Shown piece by piece: positions 42,218-52,566 of a stretch of DNA of 64,000 nt. The notes below the pieces were generated by a model. It was not told where the DNA came from and searched no databases. It saw only the letters and a list, made by a program, of their open reading frames with translations. This DNA is from an uncultured Candidatus Rokubacteria bacterium. GTDB lineage: Bacteria > Methylomirabilota > Methylomirabilia > Rokubacteriales > CSP1-6. Numbering within the stretch: the stretch's first letter is position 1; each line of letters begins with the position of its first letter. The DNA lies in the NCBI GenBank assembly GCA_963754315.1, contig CAVWFS010000019.1, positions 704,001 to 768,000 of the forward strand, in the 5' to 3' direction. The translations under genes were made by a program, and so were the position numbers.

Positions 42218-43579
42218 ATGGATCGGCGTATCAGAAACCTGGCAGATCAGCTCGACGCGGGCCTCATTGCCCGACGCGAGTTTCTCAGAAAATCGGCCGT
42301 CATCACCGGAGGAACGGCGGCAGGCCTGCACGTGCTCCGCTCGATGGCCCACGCCCAGAGCGGTCCGAAGCTCCGCGTCTGGCTCTTCAAGAGCTTCGTC
42401 ACCGCCGGCAACGACGTCCTGGCCAAGCAGATCGAGGCCTGGGGAACCGAGCGGAAGGTCCAGGTGGAAACGGACTGGGCCACCTTCGGTGATCGCGAGC
42501 AGAAGTTCGTGGCCGCCATCGAGGCCGGCAACCCCCCCGACCTGGCCGAGATGAATGCGCAGGGTCCGCTGCGCTACAAGGCGGCGCTGCGCGACGTGAC
42601 CGCACTGGGTAAGGATATCGCCGCCGCGCGGGGAGGCTTGCTTCCCCACGCTGAGAGGTACGTCGTGATCGGCGGGCAGTACTTCGCGGTGGCCCGCCAG
42701 ACGTGGCCCGATGGATTCTTCGTCCGCAAGGACCTTCTCGATGCCAAGGGCGTGAAGCTCCCCAAGACCTACGATCCCGAGGTCGTCGAGATGGCCAAGA
42801 AGTGCCAGGACCCCGCCCAGGACCTGTGGGGATTTGGCCAGACCCTGAACCGCTCCGACGATGGCAACGGCTTCATGCAGAACATCCTCTGGAATTACGG
42901 TGGCAGCTCGTGGGACAAGGACGGCAAACCCGCCCTGGCCACGACATTCTTCAAGCAGAACCTGGCCGCGCTCCAGTTCGCCGTGGACACCATCCAGAAG
43001 TACAAGATCCAGCCCCCAGGGGTCATGGGCTGGACGGATGTCCACAACAACGAGGCCTACATGGCCGGCAAGCTCGTGAGCACGAACAACGGCGCCAGCC
43101 TCTACTACGCCATGGTGGCCAAGAAGCACCCTCTAGCCGAGAAGACCCTCGTCATTCAGACCCCGGGCGGACCCGCTGGTTCCTTCCTGGCCGCCGGTTG
43201 CTACAACTGGGGGATCTTCAAGCAGTCGAAGAACGTCGAGCTCTGCGAGGACCTCATCCGCTGGGTGGAAGACGAGAAGCGCTTCGAGGAGTACATGAAG
43301 GCCTCCATCGGCCAGGCCGGTCCTGTCTACAAAGTGCGCGCGGAGAATCCGTACTGGAAGTCCGATCCGAACTTCTGGGGCATGCTCCAGAACGTCCTGC
43401 GTGGGGTATGGCCGGGCTATCCCGGTCCCATCACCCCCGCCGCCATCGAGTTGCAGGCCCAGTACATCCTGTGCGACATGGCGGGACGCGTGGTAACGGG
43501 GGGGCTGTCGGCGGAGGCTGCCCTCAAGGAAGCCCACAGGCGCGTGGAGGACATCTACAAGATCCGTAGTCGCGCCTAG
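42218..43579 (+). CDS. Carbohydrate-type ABC transporter substrate-binding protein with Tat signal
   Basis: ARREFL, AIEAGNPPDL, RKDLL. Confidence 0.88.
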   Translation: MDRRIRNLADQLDAGLIARREFLRKSAVITGGTAAGLHVLRSMAHAQSGPKLRVWLFKSFVTAGNDVLAKQIEAWGTERKVQVETDWATFGDREQKFVAAIEAGNPPDLAEMNAQGPLRYKAALRDVTALGKDIAAARGGLLPHAERYVVIGGQYFAVARQTWPDGFFVRKDLLDAKGVKLPKTYDPEVVEMAKKCQDPAQDLWGFGQTLNRSDDGNGFMQNILWNYGGSSWDKDGKPALATTFFKQNLAALQFAVDTIQKYKIQPPGVMGWTDVHNNEAYMAGKLVSTNNGASLYYAMVAKKHPLAEKTLVIQTPGGPAGSFLAAGCYNWGIFKQSKNVELCEDLIRWVEDEKRFEEYMKASIGQAGPVYKVRAENPYWKSDPNFWGMLQNVLRGVWPGYPGPITPAAIELQAQYILCDMAGRVVTGGLSAEAALKEAHRRVEDIYKIRSRA

Positions 43580-43593
43580 CGAGGGAGACGAGC

Positions 43594-44547
43594 ATGGCCA
43601 CTCCTGCCGCGCGGCTTCGCACCGACGTCGCGCTCCCGGAACAGCGAGGCGGGTCGGTCGGTCTCAGGCGAGTGCTGGGGACCGACTACCGCCTGGGATT
43701 CATCTTCGTGGCGCCGATGGTGGTGCTGGTGCTGGCGCTGGTCGCCTATCCCTTCTGCTATGCGATCTATCTCAGCATGACCCAGAAGTTCGTGGGCATG
43801 CCGCCCGTGTTCGTCGGCCTCGAGAACTACATCCGGCTGGCCAGCGACGGGTTCTTCCAGCGCGCGGTGGTGAACTCGTTCGTCTTCACCTTCACCTCGG
43901 TGGTGGGCAAGCTGCTGCTCGGCATGCTCATGGCGCTGGTGCTGACCTCCCGGATCCGCTTCCGGAGCCTCTTCACCGGCCTGCTCCTCATCCCCTGGGT
44001 GGCCCCCACCGTCGTGTCCGCCCTCAATTTCCTCTGGATCTACGACGGCAGCCTCGGCGTCCTCAACTATCTGCTGGTCAAGGTATTCCGGATCCTGCCG
44101 CAGGGCGTGGGCTGGCTCAGCGAGCCGGGGACGGCCATGGCCTCGGTCATCTTCGTCAACATCTGGCGCGGCTTCCCCTTCTTCGGCATCTCGTTCCTGG
44201 CCGGCATGAAGAGCATCCCGGCCGAGATGTACGAGGCGGCCGCGGTGGATGGGGCCAACGTGGTCCAGCGCTTCCGCCACGTGACCCTGCCCGGCATTCG
44301 CAACATCGTGATCATCGTCATCCTGCTCTCGACCATCTGGACCTTCAACGACTTCGCCATCGTCTACATCCTCACCAAGGGCGGCCCTGGTGGCGCCACG
44401 CAGGTCTTGCCCGTCTTCGCCTACGAGATGGCCTTTGGCGCCCAGCGGCTCGGTGAAGCGATCGCCGTCGCCCTCTACATGCTGCCCGGGCTCGCTCTCG
44501 TCATCATCATGCTGGCGCGCTACATGCGGCGGGGGCAGGCGCGATGA
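43594..44547 (+). CDS. Carbohydrate ABC transporter permease
   Basis: FVGLENY, YEAAAVDGA, TKGGPG. Confidence 0.92.
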   Translation: MATPAARLRTDVALPEQRGGSVGLRRVLGTDYRLGFIFVAPMVVLVLALVAYPFCYAIYLSMTQKFVGMPPVFVGLENYIRLASDGFFQRAVVNSFVFTFTSVVGKLLLGMLMALVLTSRIRFRSLFTGLLLIPWVAPTVVSALNFLWIYDGSLGVLNYLLVKVFRILPQGVGWLSEPGTAMASVIFVNIWRGFPFFGISFLAGMKSIPAEMYEAAAVDGANVVQRFRHVTLPGIRNIVIIVILLSTIWTFNDFAIVYILTKGGPGGATQVLPVFAYEMAFGAQRLGEAIAVALYMLPGLALVIIMLARYMRRGQAR

Positions 44548-45383
44548 GCAAGGTGGCCATCGAACGGATGCAGAGCGGTCTCGCCTACGGGTTCCTGGGC
44601 ATCCTGCTGGTCCTCGTGCTCTTCCCCTTCTACTGGATGACCATCACCTCGTTCAAGAACGAGGACCAGATGCGGAGTCTCGTCTCCATGTTCTGGCCCT
44701 CGCCCGCCGTGCTCGAAAACTACTACCAGCTCCTGACCAAGACGGACTTCACCATCTGGTTCCGTAACAGTGCCGTGGTGGCCGTCTCCAGCACGCTCCT
44801 GGCGACCGCCATCGGCACCATCGGCGCCTACGCCCTCGCTCGGCTACGCTTCCTGGGGCGCGCGTTCCTCTCGAGCACCGTGCTCATCACGTACCTCGTA
44901 CCGCCGGCAATCCTGTTCATCCCCCTCTACGCCCAGATCCGTACGCTCGGGCTGTCCGACAGCCTGGCCGGCCTGATCGCCACGTATCCGAGCTTCACCG
45001 TGCCGTTCGTGACCTGGCTGCTCATGGGCTACTTCGAGTCCATCCCGGTGGAACTCGAGGAAGCAGCCATGATCGACGGCGCCACGCGATTCCGTGCCTT
45101 CCGGGTCATCATCCTGCCATTGGCGGCGCCGGGCCTCCTGGCCGCCGGCCTCTACGCGTTCACGCAGGCCTGGAACGAGTTCCTCTACGCCCTGGTCTTC
45201 ATCACTGACGTCAAGCAGCGGACCTTGCCGGTGGGGATCTCGGGCTTCATCACCGGCGACGTGTATGGCTGGGGCTACTTGATGGCGGGCGCCGTCCTGA
45301 CCACCTTGCCCGTCATCCTCGTCTACATTTACCTCCAGAAGTACATGGTCGAGGGGCTCACGGCCGGCAGCGTGAAGGGGTAG
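44544..45383 (+). CDS. Carbohydrate ABC transporter permease
   Basis: ELEEAAMIDGA, AWNEF, GLTAGSVKG. Confidence 0.92.
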   Translation: MSKVAIERMQSGLAYGFLGILLVLVLFPFYWMTITSFKNEDQMRSLVSMFWPSPAVLENYYQLLTKTDFTIWFRNSAVVAVSSTLLATAIGTIGAYALARLRFLGRAFLSSTVLITYLVPPAILFIPLYAQIRTLGLSDSLAGLIATYPSFTVPFVTWLLMGYFESIPVELEEAAMIDGATRFRAFRVIILPLAAPGLLAAGLYAFTQAWNEFLYALVFITDVKQRTLPVGISGFITGDVYGWGYLMAGAVLTTLPVILVYIYLQKYMVEGLTAGSVKG

Positions 45384-45396
45384 ACCGAGGATCGTC

Positions 45397-45888
45397 ATGT
45401 CGGCCCTGAACGAGCTTCTGACGCAACGGGTGGCGCGCTTCGTAGACCGCCGCGGCGACTGGGACGCCTTTGCCGACGCGCGGGTGGAGGGCTACCGCCG
45501 CGCTCAGCATCGGTTCATCGGCTCGGGGGCGTCCGGCAAGATCGATCCGAGTGTGATCCCGGCCGAGCATTTCACCCTCAGCGTGATGTTCGTCCCCCCG
45601 GGCCAGGGAAACGCTGCCCACCTCCACGAAGTTGAGGAGGTCTTCTTCATCCTGGCCGGTAAGGTGCTCGTTTTCCTCGAGGACGAGGCCGGCAACCGTG
45701 CGGAGACCGTCCTGGGCCCCTGGGACTGCGTTTCGTGTCCCGCCAACGTCGTGCACGGCTTTCAGAACGTGGGGCTCGAGCCGGCCTATCTACAAGTCAT
45801 GCTGGGGAAGGCTCGACCGGACCTCATGAGCTACACCGACCGCGAGCTACAGCAGCGCCGGGACGAGCACCTGGCCCCGCGGCGCTGA
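45397..45888 (+). CDS. Cupin domain protein
   Basis: PGQGNAAHLHEVEEVF..G and PANVVHGFQN. Confidence 0.85.
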   Translation: MSALNELLTQRVARFVDRRGDWDAFADARVEGYRRAQHRFIGSGASGKIDPSVIPAEHFTLSVMFVPPGQGNAAHLHEVEEVFFILAGKVLVFLEDEAGNRAETVLGPWDCVSCPANVVHGFQNVGLEPAYLQVMLGKARPDLMSYTDRELQQRRDEHLAPRR

Positions 45889-45915
45889 CTTCGCGCCGCG
45901 TCCTGATCCGCTCGC

Positions 45916-47082
45916 TCAGGGAGTCGCCCGGAGAGCAGCGCGCATTCGATCGAGGGCCTGCCCTAGAACGCTGCGTGGGCATCCGAAGTTGAGCCGCACG
46001 AAGCCCTGACCGTTCTTGCCGAACAAGGCCCCGTCGTTCATGGCTACCCGGGCTCGCTCCAAGAAGAACGTAAATGGGTCTCGGGCCGCCGCGCCGGCCT
46101 CCCGACAGTCGAGCCACGCGAGATACGTCCCCTCCGGTTCCACCATTGACACCCCCGCCAGGTGCTGCCGCACGAAGCGCCCGAGAAAGTCACGGTTGGC
46201 TTCCAGGTAGCGCAGGAGGTCGTCGAGCCAGGGCTGACCATCCCGGTAGGCGGCCAGGGCCGCGGTGTACCCGAGGATGTTCACCGTCTGCACCATATCT
46301 ACCCGGGCGGCGATGAAACGCTCCCGTAATGCCTGATCGGGAATGATGGCGACCGAGCACTTGAGGCCAGCCAGATTGAAGGTTTTGCTCGGCGCCATCA
46401 AGGTCACTGTTCGCGCAGCGATCTCCTCATCGAGCGAGGCGATCGGCACGTGCCGGAGCCCCGAGAAGACGAGGTCGCAATGGATTTCGTCCGCCACGAT
46501 GGCCAGGCCACGCTTCAGGCAGACCTCGGCGAGTCGCGACAGCTCTTCACGGGTGAAGACGCGCCCGACCGGATTGTGGGGATTGCAGAGCAGCAGCACT
46601 CGCGTATCCGGCTTGATCGTCGCCTCGAGGGCAGCCTGGTCGACGCTGTAGCGGCCTGCCCCATCGCGCGCGAGCGGCACCTCGTCGAAGCGCAGGCCCA
46701 GGTTGCCGGGTACCCGGAGCAGGGGAGGATAGAGCGGCGTCTGCATGAGGATCCCCTGCCCCGGCGCGGTCAGCATCCGGCAGGCGACGTTGAAGCCCGG
46801 GATGACGCCAGGAATGGGCAGGACGGCGTCAGGCGGGACTCGCCACCCGTAGCGCTTCTGTAGGCGGTCAGCGAAGATCTCGTTGAGTTCCGTCACCTCG
46901 AGCTGATGGCCGTAACCGAAAACACCATGCTCGACCCGCTCCCGAAGAGCGCGAATCACCGGCTCCGGCGACGCGAAATCCATGTCCGCCACCCACAGCG
47001 GCAACACGTCGGAAGAATACTTGAACCACTTCGAGCTGCCAGTGCCTCGGCGCTCGACAACACGGTCGAAGTCGTGGGTCAT
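45916..47082 (-). CDS. MalY/PatB family PLP-dependent C-S lyase (cystathionine beta-lyase)
   Basis: PLWVADMDF, LCNPHNPVG, DEIH, APSKTFNLAGL, EGTYLAWLD. Confidence 0.9.
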   Translation of the reverse strand: MTHDFDRVVERRGTGSSKWFKYSSDVLPLWVADMDFASPEPVIRALRERVEHGVFGYGHQLEVTELNEIFADRLQKRYGWRVPPDAVLPIPGVIPGFNVACRMLTAPGQGILMQTPLYPPLLRVPGNLGLRFDEVPLARDGAGRYSVDQAALEATIKPDTRVLLLCNPHNPVGRVFTREELSRLAEVCLKRGLAIVADEIHCDLVFSGLRHVPIASLDEEIAARTVTLMAPSKTFNLAGLKCSVAIIPDQALRERFIAARVDMVQTVNILGYTAALAAYRDGQPWLDDLLRYLEANRDFLGRFVRQHLAGVSMVEPEGTYLAWLDCREAGAAARDPFTFFLERARVAMNDGALFGKNGQGFVRLNFGCPRSVLGQALDRMRAALRATP

Positions 47083-47159
47083 GGCCCCGATGATATACCG
47101 ACCGGGGCGACCAATCTCCCATCGGGTGCCTCTGTAGTACCATCGGGAATCCTTCGCAC

Positions 47160-47952
47160 ATGACGACGCACGTGACGGCTGCGGCGGAGTGGCTATCGGT
47201 CGGGAACATCGACCCTCGAGGTCGTGCGCCGGGGCGTGGGGCGGCCGGTGCTGCTCCTGCACGGGCTCCAGAACATCGATGCGCGCGCGCCGTTCCTCGA
47301 TCTACTCGGCCAGCACGCCGAGGTTATCGCCCCTTCACATCCCGGATTCGGCCGATCCACGCGCCCGTCCGACTTCGAGACGGTGTACGATCTTGTCCAT
47401 CTGTATCTGGAGCTTCTCGACGGTTTGCCCTACGAGAAGGTGAGTCTCGTGGGATTGTCCTTCGGAGGCTGGTTGGCGGCGGAGATTGCCGTGAAGTGCA
47501 GCCATCGGCTGGACCGGCTGGTCCTGGTGGACGCATTGGGTATAAAGCTCAGCGACCGGGAGACGCCCGACATTCTCGACGTCTTCAACGCCTCCCCGCA
47601 CGAGGTGCAGCAACGAAGCTGGCATGATCCGGCGAGATGGGCGCCGAACTTCGACGCGATGACGGACGACGAGCTGGTCATTCGGGCCCGAAACTGGGAG
47701 GCGCTGTGTCTGTACGGCTGGCACCCCTATATGTACAACCCACAGTTGAAACGCTGGCTCCGACGCGTCAAGACGCCGACGCTCGTGCTGTGGGGCGCCA
47801 GTGACCAAATCGTGACGTGTTCCTACGGCCAGGCGTTCAGCGACTTGATCCCGGGCGCGCGTTTCCAGCTGATCGAGGGGGCAGGACACCACCCCGAGAT
47901 CGAGCAGCCCGAGATCTTCGTCGATCGCCTAGTGAATTTCTTGGACCATTAA
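47160..47952 (+). CDS. Alpha/beta hydrolase (+1 frameshift near 47214)
   Basis: LLLHG, HPGFG, GLSFGG nucleophile elbow, AGHHP; N-terminus MTTHV..GNID joins LEVVRRG. Confidence 0.82.
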
Positions 47953-47955
47953 GTT

Positions 47956-48070
47956 TGGGGGGCCATGTCGGGGCCCCCCAATGGACGACCAGTGTGACCG
48001 AGGCGCGCCACGGGTCCCCCGGGGCGTGCCGAGCGTTGGGGGGTTTGGGGGGCCATGTCGGGGCCCCCCA
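47956..48070 (-). repeat. Dispersed repeat: lone hairpin (47956-47980) plus full copy (47996-48070)
   Basis: TGGGGGGCCATGTCGGGGCCCCCCA occurs twice; the full copy matches the 31921 and 34883 elements. Confidence 0.8.
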
Positions 48071-48088
48071 TCCAAAAAGGAGCGCACC

Positions 48089-49309
48089 ATGGACGTGTGG
48101 TTCCACAACGAAAATCCATATCCCTTCGTGCCGCCCGAGGTCCTCAACCGGGCCGACTCCGTGCGCGCCAGCCTGCCCAACAAGTACTGTGATCCCAAGA
48201 TTGCCGCCGACCTGTTCGAGGAGGTCCTCGACGAGTTTCTCCTGTGCGATGACGAGGGGCTGAACGTCGTAGCCATCGAGCACCATGCCGGCATCAACTC
48301 CCTCTTCGGAGCCAACCCGCTCATTCTCGGCATCCTCGCACGCCAGACGCGCAAGTCCCGGATCCTTAGCCTGGGGACGTTGATCTCCCTGAGGGCTGAC
48401 CCGGTGAGAGTGGCCGAGGAGTACGCAACGGCCGACGTCATCTCCCGAGGGCGGCTGGAGATCGGCTACGTGAAGTCAGGGGGCAGCGAGATGGCGTCAA
48501 ACAACGCGAACCCCGTGAACAACATCGAGCGCTACTGGGAGGCCATAGATCTCGTCACCAAAGCCCTCACGCACCAGGAGGGGCCGTTCAGCTGGGAAGG
48601 GAAGCACTACACGCACCGCCACGTCAACATCTGGCCCCGGCCGTGGCAGCAGCCCCATCCTCGGATGTGGGCGGCCACGGGCGATCCAGACACGGCAGGT
48701 GAGGTGGGTCGCCGAGGCCTGGTCAACGTTCTCGTTCTGCGAGGCCCGGAGGGAACGAAGCGCGCGTGGACTGCCTACCGTAAGGCGCGCGTGGAGGCTG
48801 GGCTGCCCGCGGTGAGCTCCGACCACTTCGGCTACGCGGCGCTCCTCTACGTCGGTGACACCCACGAAGAAGGCGTCCGCGTGGGTAGCAAGCTCCTGTG
48901 GTTCCTCAATACCAGCCTCAAGTCGGCGCCGCAGTATGCGAGGTTCCTTCCGGGGACAGTGCCGCCCACGCACGCCCCGCAGGTCTACCGCAGCGCCGCC
49001 AAGCCGGGGGCTGTGACGAACGGAGGGGCTGGAACCAAGCCGGTTGCCTCGGCCAGCCAGAACGCGGCCACTCTCATGGGTATGAACGCCGACCAGGCGA
49101 TGCAAGCAGGCATACTGTTCGCGGGAAGCCCCGACACCGTCTACCGGCAGATCATGGAGTTCTCCGACAAGGTTGGCCCCTTCGGACATCTCGTCATGGT
49201 CGGGCGTTCAGGATTCATGACACACGCGGAGACCGAGAAGGGCATCAAGCTGTTCGCGAAGGAAGTGCTGCCGCGCCTCAAAGAGATTGCGCCCGTCACC
49301 GTACGCTAA
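48089..49309 (+). CDS. LLM-class flavin-dependent oxidoreductase
   Basis: AIEHH, PVRVAEEYATADVISRGRL, IWPRPWQQPHP, FAKEVLP; AAGGAG RBS. Confidence 0.9.
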   Translation: MDVWFHNENPYPFVPPEVLNRADSVRASLPNKYCDPKIAADLFEEVLDEFLLCDDEGLNVVAIEHHAGINSLFGANPLILGILARQTRKSRILSLGTLISLRADPVRVAEEYATADVISRGRLEIGYVKSGGSEMASNNANPVNNIERYWEAIDLVTKALTHQEGPFSWEGKHYTHRHVNIWPRPWQQPHPRMWAATGDPDTAGEVGRRGLVNVLVLRGPEGTKRAWTAYRKARVEAGLPAVSSDHFGYAALLYVGDTHEEGVRVGSKLLWFLNTSLKSAPQYARFLPGTVPPTHAPQVYRSAAKPGAVTNGGAGTKPVASASQNAATLMGMNADQAMQAGILFAGSPDTVYRQIMEFSDKVGPFGHLVMVGRSGFMTHAETEKGIKLFAKEVLPRLKEIAPVTVR

Positions 49310-49369
49310 GGATCGCGTCAGGCACGGTTGCCCGCCTGACTGCGCCACGTGGATGAGAGGAGGCTGTGG

Positions 49370-50689
49370 ATGGTCGCTTGGCGATTGACCCGTCGTGGTT
49401 TTCTGCAGACGGCTGCCGTAGGCATTAGCGCGGGGCCCTTCGTCTGGACTCCAGCGGGCGCGCAGGGTTTCAACTGGAAGCGCTTCCAGGGCAAAGAGCT
49501 TTTCCTTCTCCTGACCAAGCATCCCTTCATCGATGTGCTCGAGAAGAACATTCCCGAGTTCGAGTCACTCTCGGGAATGAAGGTGAAGTGGGAAACACTG
49601 CCCGAGATCCAAGCACGGCAGAAGCTCACGGTCGAGATGACGGCAAATTCCGGGGGGATCGACGCCTTCTTCACCTCGCTCCATGTGGAGAAGAAACGGT
49701 TCTGGAAGGCCGGCTGGTACCATCCGCTGAATCAGTTTCTCCAGGATGCGACCTTGACCAGCCCCGACTTCGACTGGAACGATTTCTCCTCAGGCGCCCG
49801 GGCCGGCGTCACCCAGCCGGACGGCAGCATCTCCGCCCTGGCCGCCTTTATCGACGCCAACGTGTTTTTCTACCGGAAGGATCTTTTCGGTCCCAAAGGG
49901 CTCACCCCGCCCAAAACCCTTGCCGATCTCGAGACCCTGGCCCAGAAGCTCCATGCTCCACCGAGCACATACGGCATCGTGCTACGTGGGCTGAAGAACG
50001 CCAATGCCACTCAGTACCCCAGTATTCTCTTCCCGATGGGCGGGACCTACCTCAAGGATGGTAAGGCTGCTCTGGACAGCAAGGAGCAGGTGGCCGCGCT
50101 CGATCTGTATACTCGCCTCCTCCGGCAATACGGACCGCCCGGCGTGGTCAACTTCAACTGGTACGAGTGCTCGGCGTCTTTCATGCAGGGGCAAGTGGCC
50201 ATCTACATGGACGGTGTCAATTTTGCGAGCCAGTTCGAGGATGCCGCCAAGTCCAAGGTGATCGGCAAGGTTGGCTACGCTGTTCTGCCCTCAGGACCTG
50301 GGGGGCATTTCTCGCCCATCTACATCACCGGAATGGCCGTCTCCGCGCAAAGCCGGAACAAGGAGGCCGCCTATCTCTTTGCCCAGTGGGCAACGAACAA
50401 GTCGAACGCCGTGCGTGAGCTGATGGCCGGCGTGGGGGTCGGTCGGACCTCGACGTGGGACAGTCCGGAGGTGAAGGCCAAGCCGAAGATGCCCGCTGAC
50501 TGGTATCAGGCCTACCAGGCCTCGCTCAAGATCGGCCGCCAGGGATTGCCGGAGATCGTCGGTGTCACTGAATATCGGGACATCATCGGAGTGGCCATCC
50601 AGAAGGGCATCGAGGGGGCGCCGGCCGCCCAGGTTCTCGCCCACGCCCAGAAGGATTTTCAGGATCTCCTCAATCGGACAGAGGGCTAG
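49370..50689 (+). CDS. Sugar-type ABC transporter substrate-binding protein with Tat signal
   Basis: TRRGFL, FYRKDLF, SKVIGKVGY. Confidence 0.9.
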   Translation: MVAWRLTRRGFLQTAAVGISAGPFVWTPAGAQGFNWKRFQGKELFLLLTKHPFIDVLEKNIPEFESLSGMKVKWETLPEIQARQKLTVEMTANSGGIDAFFTSLHVEKKRFWKAGWYHPLNQFLQDATLTSPDFDWNDFSSGARAGVTQPDGSISALAAFIDANVFFYRKDLFGPKGLTPPKTLADLETLAQKLHAPPSTYGIVLRGLKNANATQYPSILFPMGGTYLKDGKAALDSKEQVAALDLYTRLLRQYGPPGVVNFNWYECSASFMQGQVAIYMDGVNFASQFEDAAKSKVIGKVGYAVLPSGPGGHFSPIYITGMAVSAQSRNKEAAYLFAQWATNKSNAVRELMAGVGVGRTSTWDSPEVKAKPKMPADWYQAYQASLKIGRQGLPEIVGVTEYRDIIGVAIQKGIEGAPAAQVLAHAQKDFQDLLNRTEG

Positions 50690-50706
50690 CGCGCACTAAG
50701 GGCCGC

Positions 50707-51597
50707 ATGTTCCTCGGCCCCTTGGGGCGGTGGGCGCACCACCGCGCGCAGTGGCTCTTCCCGGCCCCGGCCGTGCTGCTGGTGGCGGTCATCATCGTCT
50801 ACCCGATCGCCTATACAGTATGGATGAGCCTTCAGGAATGGTTCGCCTCGAGCCTGACCCCGCCTCGCTTCGTCGGTGCGTCGAACTACGGCAAGATCCT
50901 TTTCGGGGACGTGCGGTTCCGCGATGCGGTGGCCCGGACCATCTACTTCACCGTCCTGGCCGTGGCCGCCGAGACGGTGCTCGGCGTGGCGATGGCACTG
51001 CTCTTCAACCGCGAGTTCTGGGGGCGGGGGTTGCTCCGCACCCTGGCCATCTTGCCCATGGTGGCGACCCCAACCGCCATCGCCCTCGTGTTTGTCATGA
51101 TGTATCACCCGACGCTGGGCGTCGCGAACTATCTGTTGTCGTTGACCGGACTGCCTCCCTTTCGCTGGACATACTCGAGCCAAACCGCCCTCTATGCCCT
51201 GGCCTTGGTGGATGTCTGGCAGTGGACGCCACTGATCATGCTTATCGCCCTGGCCGGGCTCGCCAGCCTGCCCCGGGAACCCTACGAAGCCGCTCACCTG
51301 GACGGGGCCTCACCGCTCCGGGCGTTCTGGCACATCACCTTGCCGCTACTCCGGCCGACGCTCGTGGTGGCGATCCTCTTTCGGGCCATCGACGCGCTGA
51401 AGACCTTTGACATCATCTTCGTGATGACCCAGGGCGGTCCCGCCAACGCCACCGAGACCATCAACATCCTGCTCTTCAACCAGGCGTTCTCCTATTTCAA
51501 CATGGGCTATGCCGCCTCGATGGCCGTCGCCCTCTTCGCCCTGGTCATGGGCGCCTCGCTGATCCTGATCAAGGTGCGGAGGACGACCGCGTGGTAA
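50707..51597 (+). CDS. Sugar ABC transporter permease
   Basis: DVWQWTP, YEAAHLDGA, TQGGP. Confidence 0.92.
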   Translation: MFLGPLGRWAHHRAQWLFPAPAVLLVAVIIVYPIAYTVWMSLQEWFASSLTPPRFVGASNYGKILFGDVRFRDAVARTIYFTVLAVAAETVLGVAMALLFNREFWGRGLLRTLAILPMVATPTAIALVFVMMYHPTLGVANYLLSLTGLPPFRWTYSSQTALYALALVDVWQWTPLIMLIALAGLASLPREPYEAAHLDGASPLRAFWHITLPLLRPTLVVAILFRAIDALKTFDIIFVMTQGGPANATETINILLFNQAFSYFNMGYAASMAVALFALVMGASLILIKVRRTTAW

Positions 51598-52424
51598 GGG
51601 GAGGCTCTCGGTACCAGTGGCTGTCCACCGTCGGATTCTATGGGCTGGCCGCCCTCTTCATGCTCCCCACGATCTTCGTCTTCTACTGGATGATTACTCT
51701 GTCCCTCAAGCCTCAGGTGGAAGCGACCGCCTTTCCGCCCTCCTTCGTACGCTTCAACATCACTGCGGCCGGGTATCGGGAGGTCTTCACCAAGTATCCG
51801 TTCTTCCTCTACACCTGGAACAGCCTGGTGGTGGCCACGGGCTGTACGGCGCTCGGACTCGCGGTGGGATTGCCGGCCGCCTACTCCATCGCTCACTGGC
51901 GCCAGCAGCGGTTAGCCGTGGTCATTCTGGTCGCACGGATCATTCCCGGCATCGCCTATCTCATTCCCTGGTACATCGTGTTCAGGCACCTCCGGATGGT
52001 GGACACCTACGGAGCTCTGATCCTGACTCACCTCATCGTCGGGCTCCCTATCATCATCTGGGTCATGATCTCGTTCTTCGAAGACGTGCCGGCCGACCTC
52101 GAGGACGCCGCCCTCATCGACGGCTGCTCCCACCTCGGCGTTTTTTGGCTCATCGCGCTGCCGCTCGTCAAGCCGGGGGTGGTGGCAACGGGGATTCTGT
52201 CCTTCGTGTTCTCCTGGAACAATTTCCTGTTCTCGGTGATCCTGGCCGGACGGACCACCCGCACGCTCCCCATCGCCGTGTACAACATGATCTCGTACGA
52301 GGAGATCAACTGGGGTACGCTGGCCGCCGCCGCCACCCTCATTACGCTGCCCGTGCTCTTGGTGGCCCTCCTCGCCCAGCGCCACATCGTGACCGGCCTC
52401 ACCTTCGGGGCCGTGAAGCAGTAG
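51591..52424 (+). CDS. Sugar ABC transporter permease
   Basis: LEDAALIDG, SWNNF, GLTFGAVK. Confidence 0.92.
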   Translation: MVRGGSRYQWLSTVGFYGLAALFMLPTIFVFYWMITLSLKPQVEATAFPPSFVRFNITAAGYREVFTKYPFFLYTWNSLVVATGCTALGLAVGLPAAYSIAHWRQQRLAVVILVARIIPGIAYLIPWYIVFRHLRMVDTYGALILTHLIVGLPIIIWVMISFFEDVPADLEDAALIDGCSHLGVFWLIALPLVKPGVVATGILSFVFSWNNFLFSVILAGRTTRTLPIAVYNMISYEEINWGTLAAAATLITLPVLLVALLAQRHIVTGLTFGAVKQ

Positions 52425-52566
52425 CTATCCTAGGGCGCCATTCCCGACGCCTCGATCCATGACCCGTGACCTCTCCCTCATGCTATCTTCGTCACTCGTG
52501 GGGGCGCCAAGGCTCCGTGAGCGCCTCGCTCGCAACGCTATCCGCGTATGACGGGAGAGCCGTCCC

